A stretch of 64,000 bases of DNA, from positions 192,001 through 256,000 of the forward strand of contig CAWDSQ010000030.1 in NCBI GenBank assembly GCA_963804955.1, given 5' to 3'. Below the pieces are notes generated by a model, which saw nothing but the letters and a program-made list of their open reading frames with translations, was not told where the DNA came from and searched no databases. The translations under genes were made by a program, and so were the position numbers. The DNA is from an uncultured delta proteobacterium (lineage in GTDB: Bacteria; Desulfobacterota; WTBG01; CAIYCZ01; CAIRTM01). Shown piece by piece: positions 54,491-63,938 of this stretch; the stretch's first letter is position 1; every line of letters starts with the position of its first letter.

Positions 54491-54895
54491 ATGAGCTTAA
54501 AGCAGGTTGATCGACTCTACAGGAAAATGATTGTGTATGATTCGGCATGCACCGGCAGAATCAATTCCGGTGTCCGTTCAGAATTGTTCCATGTTATTAT
54601 GGATGATATTGATCGCCTTCAGAAGAAGGCCCTGCGTTTGCCCCCCGAGTCTGAGCAGTACCGGTCGCTTGATAGCGAGATACGGAAACTGCTTTTGAAA
54701 GAGATACAGATCATTATAGATGATTATATGATTTCGCAGCAGCAGGGGACGCTTGATCTCTGGAATCGCATGTATGGAGATATAAAACACTATATCAGAA
54801 ATTTTTATCTTTATAGTAAGGGTGAGCTTAACGAGTCTGATGAGCAGGTCATGGACCGATACGGTTTTTATATGGACGATGCAACCCGAGCGTAA
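54491..54895 (+). CDS. Hypothetical protein
   Basis: 134 aa ORF with protein-like composition; TTGACT/TATGCT upstream. Confidence 0.6.
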   Translation: MSLKQVDRLYRKMIVYDSACTGRINSGVRSELFHVIMDDIDRLQKKALRLPPESEQYRSLDSEIRKLLLKEIQIIIDDYMISQQQGTLDLWNRMYGDIKHYIRNFYLYSKGELNESDEQVMDRYGFYMDDATRA

Positions 54896-54902
54896 AGGAG
54901 GC

Positions 54903-55682
54903 ATGCTGCCGATGGTAACCGATCAGGATGTCGATAAACTTGCTGCTAGCATCATACATGCAAAAAAGGTGGTTGCTCTGTGCGGCGCCGGCATGTCGGT
55001 TGAGAGCGGAATAGCATCCTTTAGAGGCAGGGGAGGGCTCTGGGAGAAATACGATCCCGAGGAGTACGGCCACATACATACGCTTCGCCATCATCCCGAA
55101 AAAGCCTGGATCATGCTCAGGGAAATGTCGCGCGAAATCATGAAGGCCAAGCCCAACAGCGGGCATCTGGCCCTTGCAGAGCTTGAGCAGCTGGGCTGCC
55201 TCAGCTCCATTATAACGCAGAATGTCGATGGCCTGCATCATGTGGCCGGCAACAAAAATGTGATCGAGTTTCACGGCAATATGCAGTCGGTTGTGTGTAT
55301 GGACTGCGGCGATCGGCAGCCGATGCCGGCCATCAACATAGATGACAGCCCGCCGCGGTGCAAAAAGTGCCGGGGCGCCTATAAGCCAGACGCTGTTTTT
55401 TTCGGCGAAGCCATCCCTTCAGATGCGCTTACCCGTTCGCACTTTGATTCCAGAACCTGCAGCCTCATGCTGGTAATAGGAACATCGGCCCTCGTGTATC
55501 CGGCAGCGACAATGCCGGAAATTGCTAGCAGTTCAGGGGCAGAGGTTGTTGAGATTAATCCTGCGGAAACACCTCTTACGGCAAGCCATATTTCAAACTA
55601 TATTTTAAAAGGACCTTCAGGAGAAGTGCTCGCCCGTGTTACGGCCCGCGTGAAGGAGTTGCTTAAGGCTGCACGCCGGTGA
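54903..55682 (+). CDS. cobB: NAD-dependent protein deacylase (sirtuin)
   Basis: GAGMSVESGI, TQNVDGLH, HG, CxxC...CxxC, GTSALVYPAA; AGGAGG RBS before 54903. Confidence 0.9.
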   Translation: MLPMVTDQDVDKLAASIIHAKKVVALCGAGMSVESGIASFRGRGGLWEKYDPEEYGHIHTLRHHPEKAWIMLREMSREIMKAKPNSGHLALAELEQLGCLSSIITQNVDGLHHVAGNKNVIEFHGNMQSVVCMDCGDRQPMPAINIDDSPPRCKKCRGAYKPDAVFFGEAIPSDALTRSHFDSRTCSLMLVIGTSALVYPAATMPEIASSSGAEVVEINPAETPLTASHISNYILKGPSGEVLARVTARVKELLKAARR

Positions 55683-55821
55683 ATTTATTGTTCTACGAAA
55701 AATATTGACGGTTAACAGATTTTAACCTTTGTCCGATTTTTTCATGCAGAGCACAACCTAAAGACGCGCCCATAGGGGCTAATAAAAAGAGTATTATTGG
55801 CAATGCAATCGTATATATTCC

Positions 55822-56336
55822 CTAAGCAAGTATTGAATGTCCAAAGGCAACTTTTAAAACTTCAAAAATTAAAATCCCTGCTGTAAAACCCAGTAGGGCG
55901 CCGCCGACACAAAACAGCTTACCGGAAAAACTATCCTTCACACCTGGGAAATAGCCCAAGATGCTTCTACTCTGTTTGTCTGCCGGATAGATATATTCTG
56001 CATCCGTGAAGTCCCACATGAAATGTTCAAGCCATGATTCAAAGTCGTTCCACCTAAGGGGATACTCTTGGCTTTGGAACGGGCACGTGCTTGCTTTTCG
56101 GCTGCAACACGTTGTGCTGGATAGTCATATTGATTGTTTCGGGCATAATCATAATGCATGCGTATGCACGGATATGACAGCACTTCCCAAACTTCGTTTA
56201 TCAGGAGCATTCTTTCATGCGCCCCGCCGTGATCCGGATGACATTCAACGGCACGCTTGCAATATGCATTTTTGATATCCTGCATGCCGAGGATTTCATA
56301 ATAGTCAAAATTCATGCCGTACTCCTGATTAAACAT
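55822..56336 (-). pseudogene. Degraded or frameshifted J-domain protein with C-terminal TM segment
   Basis: DYYEILG and CHPD; second helix region looks shortened; tail is in another frame. Confidence 0.55.
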
Positions 56337-56474
56337 TTCTTCTATTTATAGCTGCTGGTTTTGTCATCCAAGGTCAAAAAGAAATTTTTTCTTTTTAGGT
56401 TCCCTTAAAGAGCTTTTCAAAACAAAACCCGCATGGTATGAATCAGACTAATTGTTTTTAAGAGAAATATTTTA

Positions 56475-58418
56475 ATGTCTACCGTAATCATTAATTTAAA
56501 AGATTTTATTGTTGATCCCGAGAAGAGGATCGACCTTGTTTCTCGGCCGCCTCAGGAAGCTATAGGGATCATAAAAAATTCTTATGGTTTTCTTTCCAGC
56601 ACTATTGATGTCTCCATTGAGAATGGCTTTGCCATCATTAGCCTTATAGAGCCCCCGCCACAAAGAGCCGATGAAGCAGAAAAAATATACACCAGGGGTG
56701 TTCGGGATGCTGAACAGGGCGATTATGCAAAAGCCATTAAACGATTCCAGCAGGTCATTGAAATTTTACCTTTTCATATAGACGCCCGCCGCAATCTCGC
56801 CATGGCTTATCTTGAATCAAAAAACTTTGCCAAGGCAAAAGAACATCTTATGGAGTGTTCGCATCTTGATCCCAATAATGTCTGGACGCTTATACTTCTG
56901 GGAAACCTCTACGGTAAGCACGAACGCAACTTTCCGGTTGCTGAATTCTATTATGAAAAAGGGTTTTCTGTGAATCCGCACGACAGTATCCTGCTGAACA
57001 ATTATGCAGCCATAAAAATGGAACTGAAAGATTATTCAGGTGCACAAGACCTCTTTGAAAAAGCCCTGGCTGCCGACCCTTCATATCCAAACACTTATCT
57101 TGGCCTGTCCATGCTGTATCAATCGATGGGCAATGTAGAAGAATCTTCTCAGGTGTTGGACAAGTTATTTGAACAGCCGAAATCTTCAGATGTGCGCTCA
57201 ACGCCTATTTATAAATATGCCCGAGATCTGTATCTTGATCTTAATAAACAGCGGGCGGAAAAAGAATATGATCAGATGATGAGCGCTATTTCCATACAGC
57301 AGAAAAAGTTAGGAGAAGAGACGGGTTACCCTGTTCAAATCATTGAAGACAATACGCTGGAATATATATCCGGCACTGCGCAGATGGCCTGGAAACATAA
57401 CCGCGAAGATCATGTTATAAGATATCGGAACAAATCAGCTGCCATAACGCCGCATTTGCTGGCCCATGAAATGGAGCATATTGTTCTTGAGAAAAATGCA
57501 CGGCAGGCCCACCGCAATAAATATTTTATGACAACGCCAACTACGCGAGAGCACAGTATCCGGGCTGTTGGCGACCATATTTTCAAGCTAAAAAAGCAAG
57601 GATATCCTGAGAATGAGCTTTCATCAATAATTCCACAGCTCATAAGTGGTCTGTGCAATCAGTTGTTTAACTGCCCAATTGATATGATGGTAGAATATAA
57701 TCTTTACGAAAAGTATCCGGCAATGCGCACCAGCCAGATCGTATCCCTTCATCAGTTGAATCTTGAAGCGATGAAGATTTTTTCCAGCCAGGATATAAAA
57801 CGGTTTACCCCCCCCTTCATGTATCGTGCCAGTATCACATTAAATTGTGCCACAGCACTTTTTGTTGATCAGCTTTTCAAAAATAGAACCGACTACGCAG
57901 CACCTTATAAAACCTCCGACTTTTTTCAAACAGGCAGGCAGCTTTTTGATGTCTGGAAAAAGCGCTGCGCTGATTTCCATCCCGGCGATGAATATGATTT
58001 GGTGGATGAATACGCCCGCCTGCTGAAGCTCCAACAGTGGTATGTCTGGAACGACGACATTTCCGTTTCTGCATCTCTAAGCAATTCTGAAAATCCAAGA
58101 GAACCCGTCACAGCAGATTTGCCCGAAACCTACACCTATTGTCTTGAGGCCTTAAAACGGTTTGATGGAAAATTGCGTGATGAAATTTTCAAGATCGCCT
58201 CAGAGATCGGACTGCTCGGCACCAAAGGTATTGATCACACCACACCGGACAAAACCTACACGCTCAAATCCTACCCCAACGAGACATTCACCGGCATGCA
58301 TCTGCTTTGTCTCATGTATGTCGGCTTTAAATTGATTGAGCCTGACCTTAACACAGGGCTTGATTTTAAAGACGCCTACGAAATGGCGCTAGAGGCGCAT
58401 AAAGCCAGAATTCATTAG
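56475..58418 (+). CDS. TPR-repeat protein with HEXXH motif
   Basis: Several TPR units (ARRNLAMAY, LGNLY, LLNNYA, YLGLSMLY) followed by LLAHEMEH. Confidence 0.8.
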   Translation: MSTVIINLKDFIVDPEKRIDLVSRPPQEAIGIIKNSYGFLSSTIDVSIENGFAIISLIEPPPQRADEAEKIYTRGVRDAEQGDYAKAIKRFQQVIEILPFHIDARRNLAMAYLESKNFAKAKEHLMECSHLDPNNVWTLILLGNLYGKHERNFPVAEFYYEKGFSVNPHDSILLNNYAAIKMELKDYSGAQDLFEKALAADPSYPNTYLGLSMLYQSMGNVEESSQVLDKLFEQPKSSDVRSTPIYKYARDLYLDLNKQRAEKEYDQMMSAISIQQKKLGEETGYPVQIIEDNTLEYISGTAQMAWKHNREDHVIRYRNKSAAITPHLLAHEMEHIVLEKNARQAHRNKYFMTTPTTREHSIRAVGDHIFKLKKQGYPENELSSIIPQLISGLCNQLFNCPIDMMVEYNLYEKYPAMRTSQIVSLHQLNLEAMKIFSSQDIKRFTPPFMYRASITLNCATALFVDQLFKNRTDYAAPYKTSDFFQTGRQLFDVWKKRCADFHPGDEYDLVDEYARLLKLQQWYVWNDDISVSASLSNSENPREPVTADLPETYTYCLEALKRFDGKLRDEIFKIASEIGLLGTKGIDHTTPDKTYTLKSYPNETFTGMHLLCLMYVGFKLIEPDLNTGLDFKDAYEMALEAHKARIH

Positions 58419-58455
58419 GGTATGGGCTAAACGCATTTGCCAGTGAGGAGGGATT

Positions 58456-58944
58456 ATGGCCCAAGTTATTATCCAACCTGCAGCAAATGACCTCGCGTTT
58501 GAGCATTATCGTAATACAGTTTTAAGAAAAGTGTCTTTAACTGCAATTTTTCCACAAGTTGATGAAAAAAAATTCCTTAGATTAAAAAATATTTATCGTT
58601 AATCCGATGTTTCTGTTTGGGGTGTTAAACAAGGCGTCCGGAATAGTTGGGCAATAATGCAGCCTGATGACATTGTCCTTTTCTTTCGGGACAACAGAGT
58701 AATGGCTAATGCCGTTGTAACGTTTACAATGCACTCAGCAAAATTAGCAGAAAAACTTTGGGGTTTTGATGAAGGGTGCACCACTTGGGAATACATTTAT
58801 TTTCTTAAGGAAGTTCAAATGATTGATGTTCCGATGGGTCTAATTAATATAGCAGCCGGCTATCCGTTGAATCGTATCCATAGAAGGCTTAATGTTTTAA
58901 CTGCTGTGCAGAGTGCAGCGGTTATAAACAGGCTCAATCTATAA
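58456..58944 (+). pseudogene. Putative PUA/EVE-like domain protein with one in-frame stop
   Basis: GAGGAG RBS, ATG at 58456, TAA at 58600-58602 in frame with ORF 58657-58944; motif WGVKQG...W..MQPDDIVLF. Confidence 0.5.
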
Positions 58945-58989
58945 CCATATTTAATTAAAAATATTTTAGGCTAACTGGTTGGGTACACA

Positions 58990-59328
58990 ATGGATACACT
59001 AATAAAAAAACTCGGACAATTCGCAAAAGAACGTGACTGGGAGCAATTTCACTCACCAAAAAATCTTTCTATGGCTTTGGCGGTTGAAGTAGCCGAACTG
59101 TTAGAACATTTTCAGTGGCTGACTGAAGAACAAAGCCGCAAGCTTGATCCAAAAACCTTAGCAAAGGTTAAAGAAGAAATTGGGGATACTCAGATTTACC
59201 TTGCACGCTTAGCAGATCAGCTCGGTATTGACCCTCTTGACGCAGCGAATGAAAAACTTATAAAAAATGCAGTTAAGTATCCCATCGAAAAGGCTAAGGG
59301 ATCGGCCAAAAAGTACACAGAGTTATAA
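58990..59328 (+). CDS. MazG-like nucleotide pyrophosphohydrolase
   Basis: RDWEQFHSPKNL, EVAELLE, EEIGD, KYP. Confidence 0.9.
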   Translation: MDTLIKKLGQFAKERDWEQFHSPKNLSMALAVEVAELLEHFQWLTEEQSRKLDPKTLAKVKEEIGDTQIYLARLADQLGIDPLDAANEKLIKNAVKYPIEKAKGSAKKYTEL

Positions 59329-59331
59329 AGT

Positions 59332-61692
59332 ATGCTGATTTACCAAGATACCACTGCGCAGTTTATAAAAGATATCAGGGAAAATATAATTACTGATATC
59401 ATGTCGCGTAATTTTATTCAGCGACTAGGCAGAAAACCTGTGCGTAGCGAATCTGCTTCTTGGCAAAATTCTTTGCCGCGGGTAAGGGATTTAATTGAAA
59501 TTGCAGAGCTTTATGATAACAAAATAGCCTTGGAATATGAAGTTCCGTACATTCAAAACAGGATAGATTGTTTGCTTTTTGGTAAAGGTGAAAACGATTC
59601 TGATAATATCGTTCTACTAGAACTAAAACAATGGACCTCTGTGCAGGCATTAGAAATTGATGGTAATTTTGTTGAAACTTATACTGGTGGCAGGGATAGA
59701 GTTGTTGCTCATCCTTCGCAACAGGTCCAAGGCTATAGCAACTATCTAAAAGGTTTCATTGAAGGCTTTGATGCAAAACCGCCACTGGTGCTTTTTAGCT
59801 GCTCTTATTGTCATAATTACAAAAAAAATGCTGCTGATGGTCTGTTTAACCCAATTTATCAAAAGCTTATTGAGGAATACCCTGTATACACAAAAAATGA
59901 CACAATGTTATTAGCGAATAAAATAAAAGAATTACTCAAGGAAGGAAAAGGATTTGAAATCTTTAACCGTTTTATGCAAAGCCCTGTTCGCCCTACGAAG
60001 AAGCTGCTTGAAAATGTTGCAAGGGTAATACGGAATGAGGTGGTTTTTTCGTTATTAAATGAGCAACTAGTCGCTAAAAATCTTATATGGTCAAAAGTTG
60101 CTAGGGCTGACAAAACTCAACATAAATCTGTAATTATTGTCCATGGCGGCCCTGGCACAGGTAAATCTGTTATTGCAATAAACATTTTGGCAGAAGCAGC
60201 CCAACGCCGTAAAAAAGTTTTTTATGGATGCAAGTCAAAGCCTTTTACCGAAGGTCTTAAATCACTTGTTGGCAGAGATGGTGCTTTGCTTTTTTCAAAT
60301 TTATATCGTTTTATTCCAAGCAGGGTTCAAGAAAATGAATTGGATTTGCTGCTCATAGATGAGGCCCACAGGATTGAAAAAAACAGTAACCATCAACACA
60401 CAAGGCGCACAGATAGAACTGATATGCCACAAATTGATCAATTGATTAGATGCGCAAAAACATCGGTTTTCTTCATTGATGATAAGCAAAACGTAAGATG
60501 GAAAGAAATTGGCAATTCTCAACTAATAAAAGACACTGCAATACAGTACAAATGCGAATTTGAAGAAGTTACATTAGAAACCCAATACAGATGTATGGGC
60601 TCTAATGATTATTTGCTTTGGATTGAATCTGTTTTGGGTTATGCAAGCGAAAAACGCATTTTGAGAAAAGATGAACTGTTCGACTTTAAAATTTTTGATA
60701 ATCCCCAAGCCTTATATAATGCGCTTGCAATAAAAGAAGCTGAAAAACATAATTCAGCACGATTAGTTGCCGGATTTTGTTGGCCATGGAGCCAAAATTT
60801 AGCAGTCGATGGGTCACTAGTGAACGATGTAAAAATTGGCGATTTTGCCATGCCATGGGAAACACATGATAAGATAACTCGGCCACCCAGAGGCTTTGTT
60901 AAATGGTTTGAATGGGCTTATAAACCCGAAGGATTTAAACAGGTTGGATGCATTTATACTGCACAGGGTTTTGAATTCGACTATATTGGTGTCATTGTTG
61001 GAGATGACCTGTCCTGTGACATTAAAAACAACTGTTTAGTGGGCAATATTGCCGCAACAAAAGATCCAGTATTGCGACAGCATGGTGAAGATTTTGACCG
61101 ATATGTGAAAAACATTTATAGAACTTTACTCACTAGAGGGATGAAAGGTTGTTTTGTCTATTTTACAAACGGGAATACAAGAAAATTTTTTGAACAGTAT
61201 CTGGAATCCAAAGCTGAAGTAATTGAACTAATTCCATATGTCAATTCTCTGCCATTAGTTGAACTCAGAGCTGCAGCCGATTCAGGATATGCAACTACTG
61301 ATGGTGTTTTTACAGACGACTCTAGTATTAAATTAATTTCCGTTGAAGGTGGTCCTTTTCAAAAGGATCGCTTCGTTGTAAGAGCTGACGGCGATTCAAT
61401 GGAACCACATATCCCTGACGGAAGTTTGTGCCTTTTTCGAAAAGACCTAGGGGGCAGCAGAAATGGTAAAATTGTTCTTTGCCGAATAGAAGGATTTGCG
61501 GGTGAATTTCCTTTTGCGGTTATAAAACGCTACCAAAGTGCCCGATCCCCTTCGGATGAAAGCTTAGGGATGGCTCAAAAAATCGTTTTGTCATCATTAA
61601 ATACGAATCATGAACCTATTGTCCTGTCTGATGGCGATGAGTTTTCAATTTTAGGAATTTTTGAACGAGTTATCTCTGAAGAAAAAGCTTAA
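59332..61692 (+). CDS. DUF2075 (Schlafen group 3-like) helicase with N-terminal PD-(D/E)XK-like domain and C-terminal S24 peptidase-like domain
   Basis: RID...LELKQW, GGPGTGKS, DEAH, VGCIYTAQGFEFDY, LLTRGMKG, then GDSMEP...IKRY. Confidence 0.85.
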   Translation: MLIYQDTTAQFIKDIRENIITDIMSRNFIQRLGRKPVRSESASWQNSLPRVRDLIEIAELYDNKIALEYEVPYIQNRIDCLLFGKGENDSDNIVLLELKQWTSVQALEIDGNFVETYTGGRDRVVAHPSQQVQGYSNYLKGFIEGFDAKPPLVLFSCSYCHNYKKNAADGLFNPIYQKLIEEYPVYTKNDTMLLANKIKELLKEGKGFEIFNRFMQSPVRPTKKLLENVARVIRNEVVFSLLNEQLVAKNLIWSKVARADKTQHKSVIIVHGGPGTGKSVIAINILAEAAQRRKKVFYGCKSKPFTEGLKSLVGRDGALLFSNLYRFIPSRVQENELDLLLIDEAHRIEKNSNHQHTRRTDRTDMPQIDQLIRCAKTSVFFIDDKQNVRWKEIGNSQLIKDTAIQYKCEFEEVTLETQYRCMGSNDYLLWIESVLGYASEKRILRKDELFDFKIFDNPQALYNALAIKEAEKHNSARLVAGFCWPWSQNLAVDGSLVNDVKIGDFAMPWETHDKITRPPRGFVKWFEWAYKPEGFKQVGCIYTAQGFEFDYIGVIVGDDLSCDIKNNCLVGNIAATKDPVLRQHGEDFDRYVKNIYRTLLTRGMKGCFVYFTNGNTRKFFEQYLESKAEVIELIPYVNSLPLVELRAAADSGYATTDGVFTDDSSIKLISVEGGPFQKDRFVVRADGDSMEPHIPDGSLCLFRKDLGGSRNGKIVLCRIEGFAGEFPFAVIKRYQSARSPSDESLGMAQKIVLSSLNTNHEPIVLSDGDEFSILGIFERVISEEKA

Positions 61693-61781
61693 GAAGAAAA
61701 TGGGGGAAAAGATTTTTACTGCCCCGCAACTCTGCTGTAACCGTACTTTAATCTGAAAGCCCGGCACCAGACAAGTCATGT

Positions 61782-62363
61782 ATGGTGAAAATGGACAGAA
61801 ATGCATTTGAAGTCCTATGCGAAGCGCGATACTGCTGGCGGCTGGGATGCACGACCTGCGGCACCTGGCCGCTCAAAGCTGATCTGTATAGGCTGATTTT
61901 AGGCTTTCATCCGGATGATCCTGATTGGCAATGCGAGTTCCGCTGCGTTGAGACGGAAACAGGCACAGCGCCGTATCTTGAAATCGTTGTGCAGCCAGAA
62001 AGGGGAAAATTCCCCAGCCGCTATCCCGAGTATCCGCCCCCACGGGAATTATCCGAAACAGATCAGTTAAAGCTTCAAACTGTGGTGAAAGATGTGCGCA
62101 TTGCCCGTCTCAATATGGCCGAGCCCCGGTGGCTGGGATATTTGGGCGTTGCCCTGAAATGGTGCGAAGAGGTTGAACAGCACAACAAAATTCTTACCCA
62201 TGCCCTTGTGCCGCAATTTGCAGAACTTCTGGCATCCGGCCAACCCCATGCCCGGCAAAGTTTCCAGCATATTATAGATAGTCATCTTACCTGGCAGAAT
62301 CTGGAAGAAGTTGAGCGCGCCTTACTGTGGGGCAACATTATAAAACGATCGGCGCCTTGGTAA
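61782..62363 (+). CDS. Hypothetical protein with N-terminal Cys cluster
   Basis: LCEARYCWRLGCTTCG, 193 aa. Confidence 0.6.
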   Translation: MVKMDRNAFEVLCEARYCWRLGCTTCGTWPLKADLYRLILGFHPDDPDWQCEFRCVETETGTAPYLEIVVQPERGKFPSRYPEYPPPRELSETDQLKLQTVVKDVRIARLNMAEPRWLGYLGVALKWCEEVEQHNKILTHALVPQFAELLASGQPHARQSFQHIIDSHLTWQNLEEVERALLWGNIIKRSAPW

Positions 62364-62495
62364 AAAAATAATCACTTGGCAAGCCGGCAGCCCTTCACCA
62401 AGCCCAGCTTTCCCTCAAAACAATCCCCGAATACAGCCACCCGTATTTCTGGGAGCCATTTGAGATGATCGGGGACTGGAGGTAAACTTTTAACC

Positions 62496-62524
62496 TTGAC
62501 TCTGTCTTTAGCCGGTGCTACTTT
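62496..62524 (+). promoter_or_regulatory. Candidate sigma70 promoter of the Phd-PIN operon
   Basis: TTGACT-N17-TACTTT with extended -10 TG. Confidence 0.55.
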
Positions 62525-62551
62525 TTTTAAACAGCCTAAGGAGCATATTAT

Positions 62552-62788
62552 ATGGAAACAATTCCAATCACAAAATTCAAGGCATCCTGTTTGTCAGCAC
62601 TTCAAAAAGTTAATAAAACCGGTCAGCCCCTTCTGATTACAAAAAGCGGGCAACCGGTAGCCATGGTGACTACGCCACCCGGCAATGCTAACACAGGTGA
62701 AGCGTTTGGATGTATGAAAAACGCAATAAAAATACAGGGTGATATTCTCAGCCCCCTTTCTAAAAAAGGCTGGGAAGCCCTGCGCTGA
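62552..62788 (+). CDS. Phd/YefM-family antitoxin
   Basis: IPITKFKA, LLITKSGQPVA; stop overlaps toxin start. Confidence 0.85.
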   Translation: METIPITKFKASCLSALQKVNKTGQPLLITKSGQPVAMVTTPPGNANTGEAFGCMKNAIKIQGDILSPLSKKGWEALR

Positions 62789-63183
62789 TGAGAATTCTTA
62801 TAGATACACATATCTGGCTATGGAATCTTGCGGGCAGCCCGGAGCTCCCCTCATATTTTAAAGACCTTCTTGCAAACAGCAGGCATGAAATATGGCTTTC
62901 CCCAATTACCTTATGGGAGGTACTGGTGCTGGCAGAGAAGGGGAGAATCCGTCTTAATAATACTCCCGACGCCTTTATAGAAAAGGCCCTGCAATTGTGG
63001 CCGGTGAAAGAGGCCCCGCTGGATTTTAGAATTGCCCGAAAAAGCCAGGAAATTAAACTGCCACATCAAGACCCCGCTGACCGTTTCATTGCTGCAACAG
63101 CCATAGTCTATGATCTCCGGCTGATGACAGTCGATAAACGGCTAATCGCAGCTTCAGAAGTGCCGACAATCGCCAAAAAATAA
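62788..63183 (+). CDS. VapC-family PIN toxin
   Basis: LIDTHIWLW, SPITLWE, HQDPADRFIAATA, TVD. Confidence 0.9.
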   Translation: MRILIDTHIWLWNLAGSPELPSYFKDLLANSRHEIWLSPITLWEVLVLAEKGRIRLNNTPDAFIEKALQLWPVKEAPLDFRIARKSQEIKLPHQDPADRFIAATAIVYDLRLMTVDKRLIAASEVPTIAKK

Positions 63184-63341
63184 AACTTTGAAAAAGCCCA
63201 CGCCCTGCGCCAGTCTCAACTCGCGAGAAAAAAAGACGGTTCTATTTAACGTCATTTTTTCGGCTTGTCATCAAATTCAAAAAATGATTTTGCAGGTCGT
63301 TCGCCACAGTGGAGGCCCGGCATGTCTCTGCCGGATAAATG

Positions 63342-63374
63342 CCGACCAAGCACCGACTAAGCACCGACTAAGCG
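63342..63374 (+). repeat. Short tandem repeat, 3 x 11 nt
   Basis: CCGACCAAGCA CCGACTAAGCA CCGACTAAGCG. Confidence 0.7.
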
Positions 63375-63495
63375 ACAAGTCAAAAAACAGAAACGGTTTC
63401 ATTTATTAACATCAAGAGACTCATTGTTGAGGGGAACATAGAAAAGCAATAGAAAGGCAGAATGAGGAAACAGTCACCTGTTGTTTTGAAATTTA

Positions 63496-63542
63496 TTGAC
63501 TGAAATTGAATAGCAGGCTATATTTATGTAAGAAATTCTTAC
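63496..63542 (+). promoter_or_regulatory. Sigma70 promoter and palindromic operator of the AbrB-PIN operon
   Basis: TTGACT-N17-TATATT, then the palindrome GTAAGAA-A-TTCTTAC (63528-63542). Confidence 0.6.
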
Positions 63543-63559
63543 TTATCGGGAGGTCAATA

Positions 63560-63829
63560 ATGAGTGCAGTCGAAATTACCAGCCTTTCCTCAAAGGGGCA
63601 GATTGTTATCCCAAGTTCCATTCGCAATGATCTGAAAATATCGGCGGGAGATAAATTTGCTATTATCTCCGATGGCGAAAATATTCTTCTTCGTCCGGTA
63701 GAGAAGCCGAAAATTGATAAATTTCGAGCACTCATTGCGGCGAGCAGAAAATATGCACGAGAGAATGGTCTGCAAAAGGAAGATGTCTTGAAAGCGGTAA
63801 AAAAGATTCGTCGTGAAAATCGTTCTTGA
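63560..63829 (+). CDS. AbrB/MazE/SpoVT-family antitoxin
   Basis: SSKGQIVIPSSIR, GDKF, ILLRP; GGAGG RBS before 63560. Confidence 0.85.
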   Translation: MSAVEITSLSSKGQIVIPSSIRNDLKISAGDKFAIISDGENILLRPVEKPKIDKFRALIAASRKYARENGLQKEDVLKAVKKIRRENRS

Positions 63830-63938
63830 TACAAATGTGTTGGTTTCGGGAATCTTTTGGGGCGGTATCCCTTTCAGGATATTGGAACATTGGATATCTG
63901 ATGACATAGAAAAATTATTGCAACGCCTGATATACTGA
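63813..63938 (+). pseudogene. PIN-domain toxin, frameshifted or truncated
   Basis: MKIVLDTNVLVSGIFWGG; frame lost at the A-run near 63910, IIATPDILNEY continues in another frame. Confidence 0.7.

Noticed and set aside
54903..55682. SIR2-type antiphage effector (Thoeris or DSR-like)
   Set aside because: It is a compact classical CobB with Zn-binding CxxC pairs and no fused or partner defence domain.
63342..63374. CRISPR array
   Set aside because: 11-nt units with no spacers, and no cas genes in the window.
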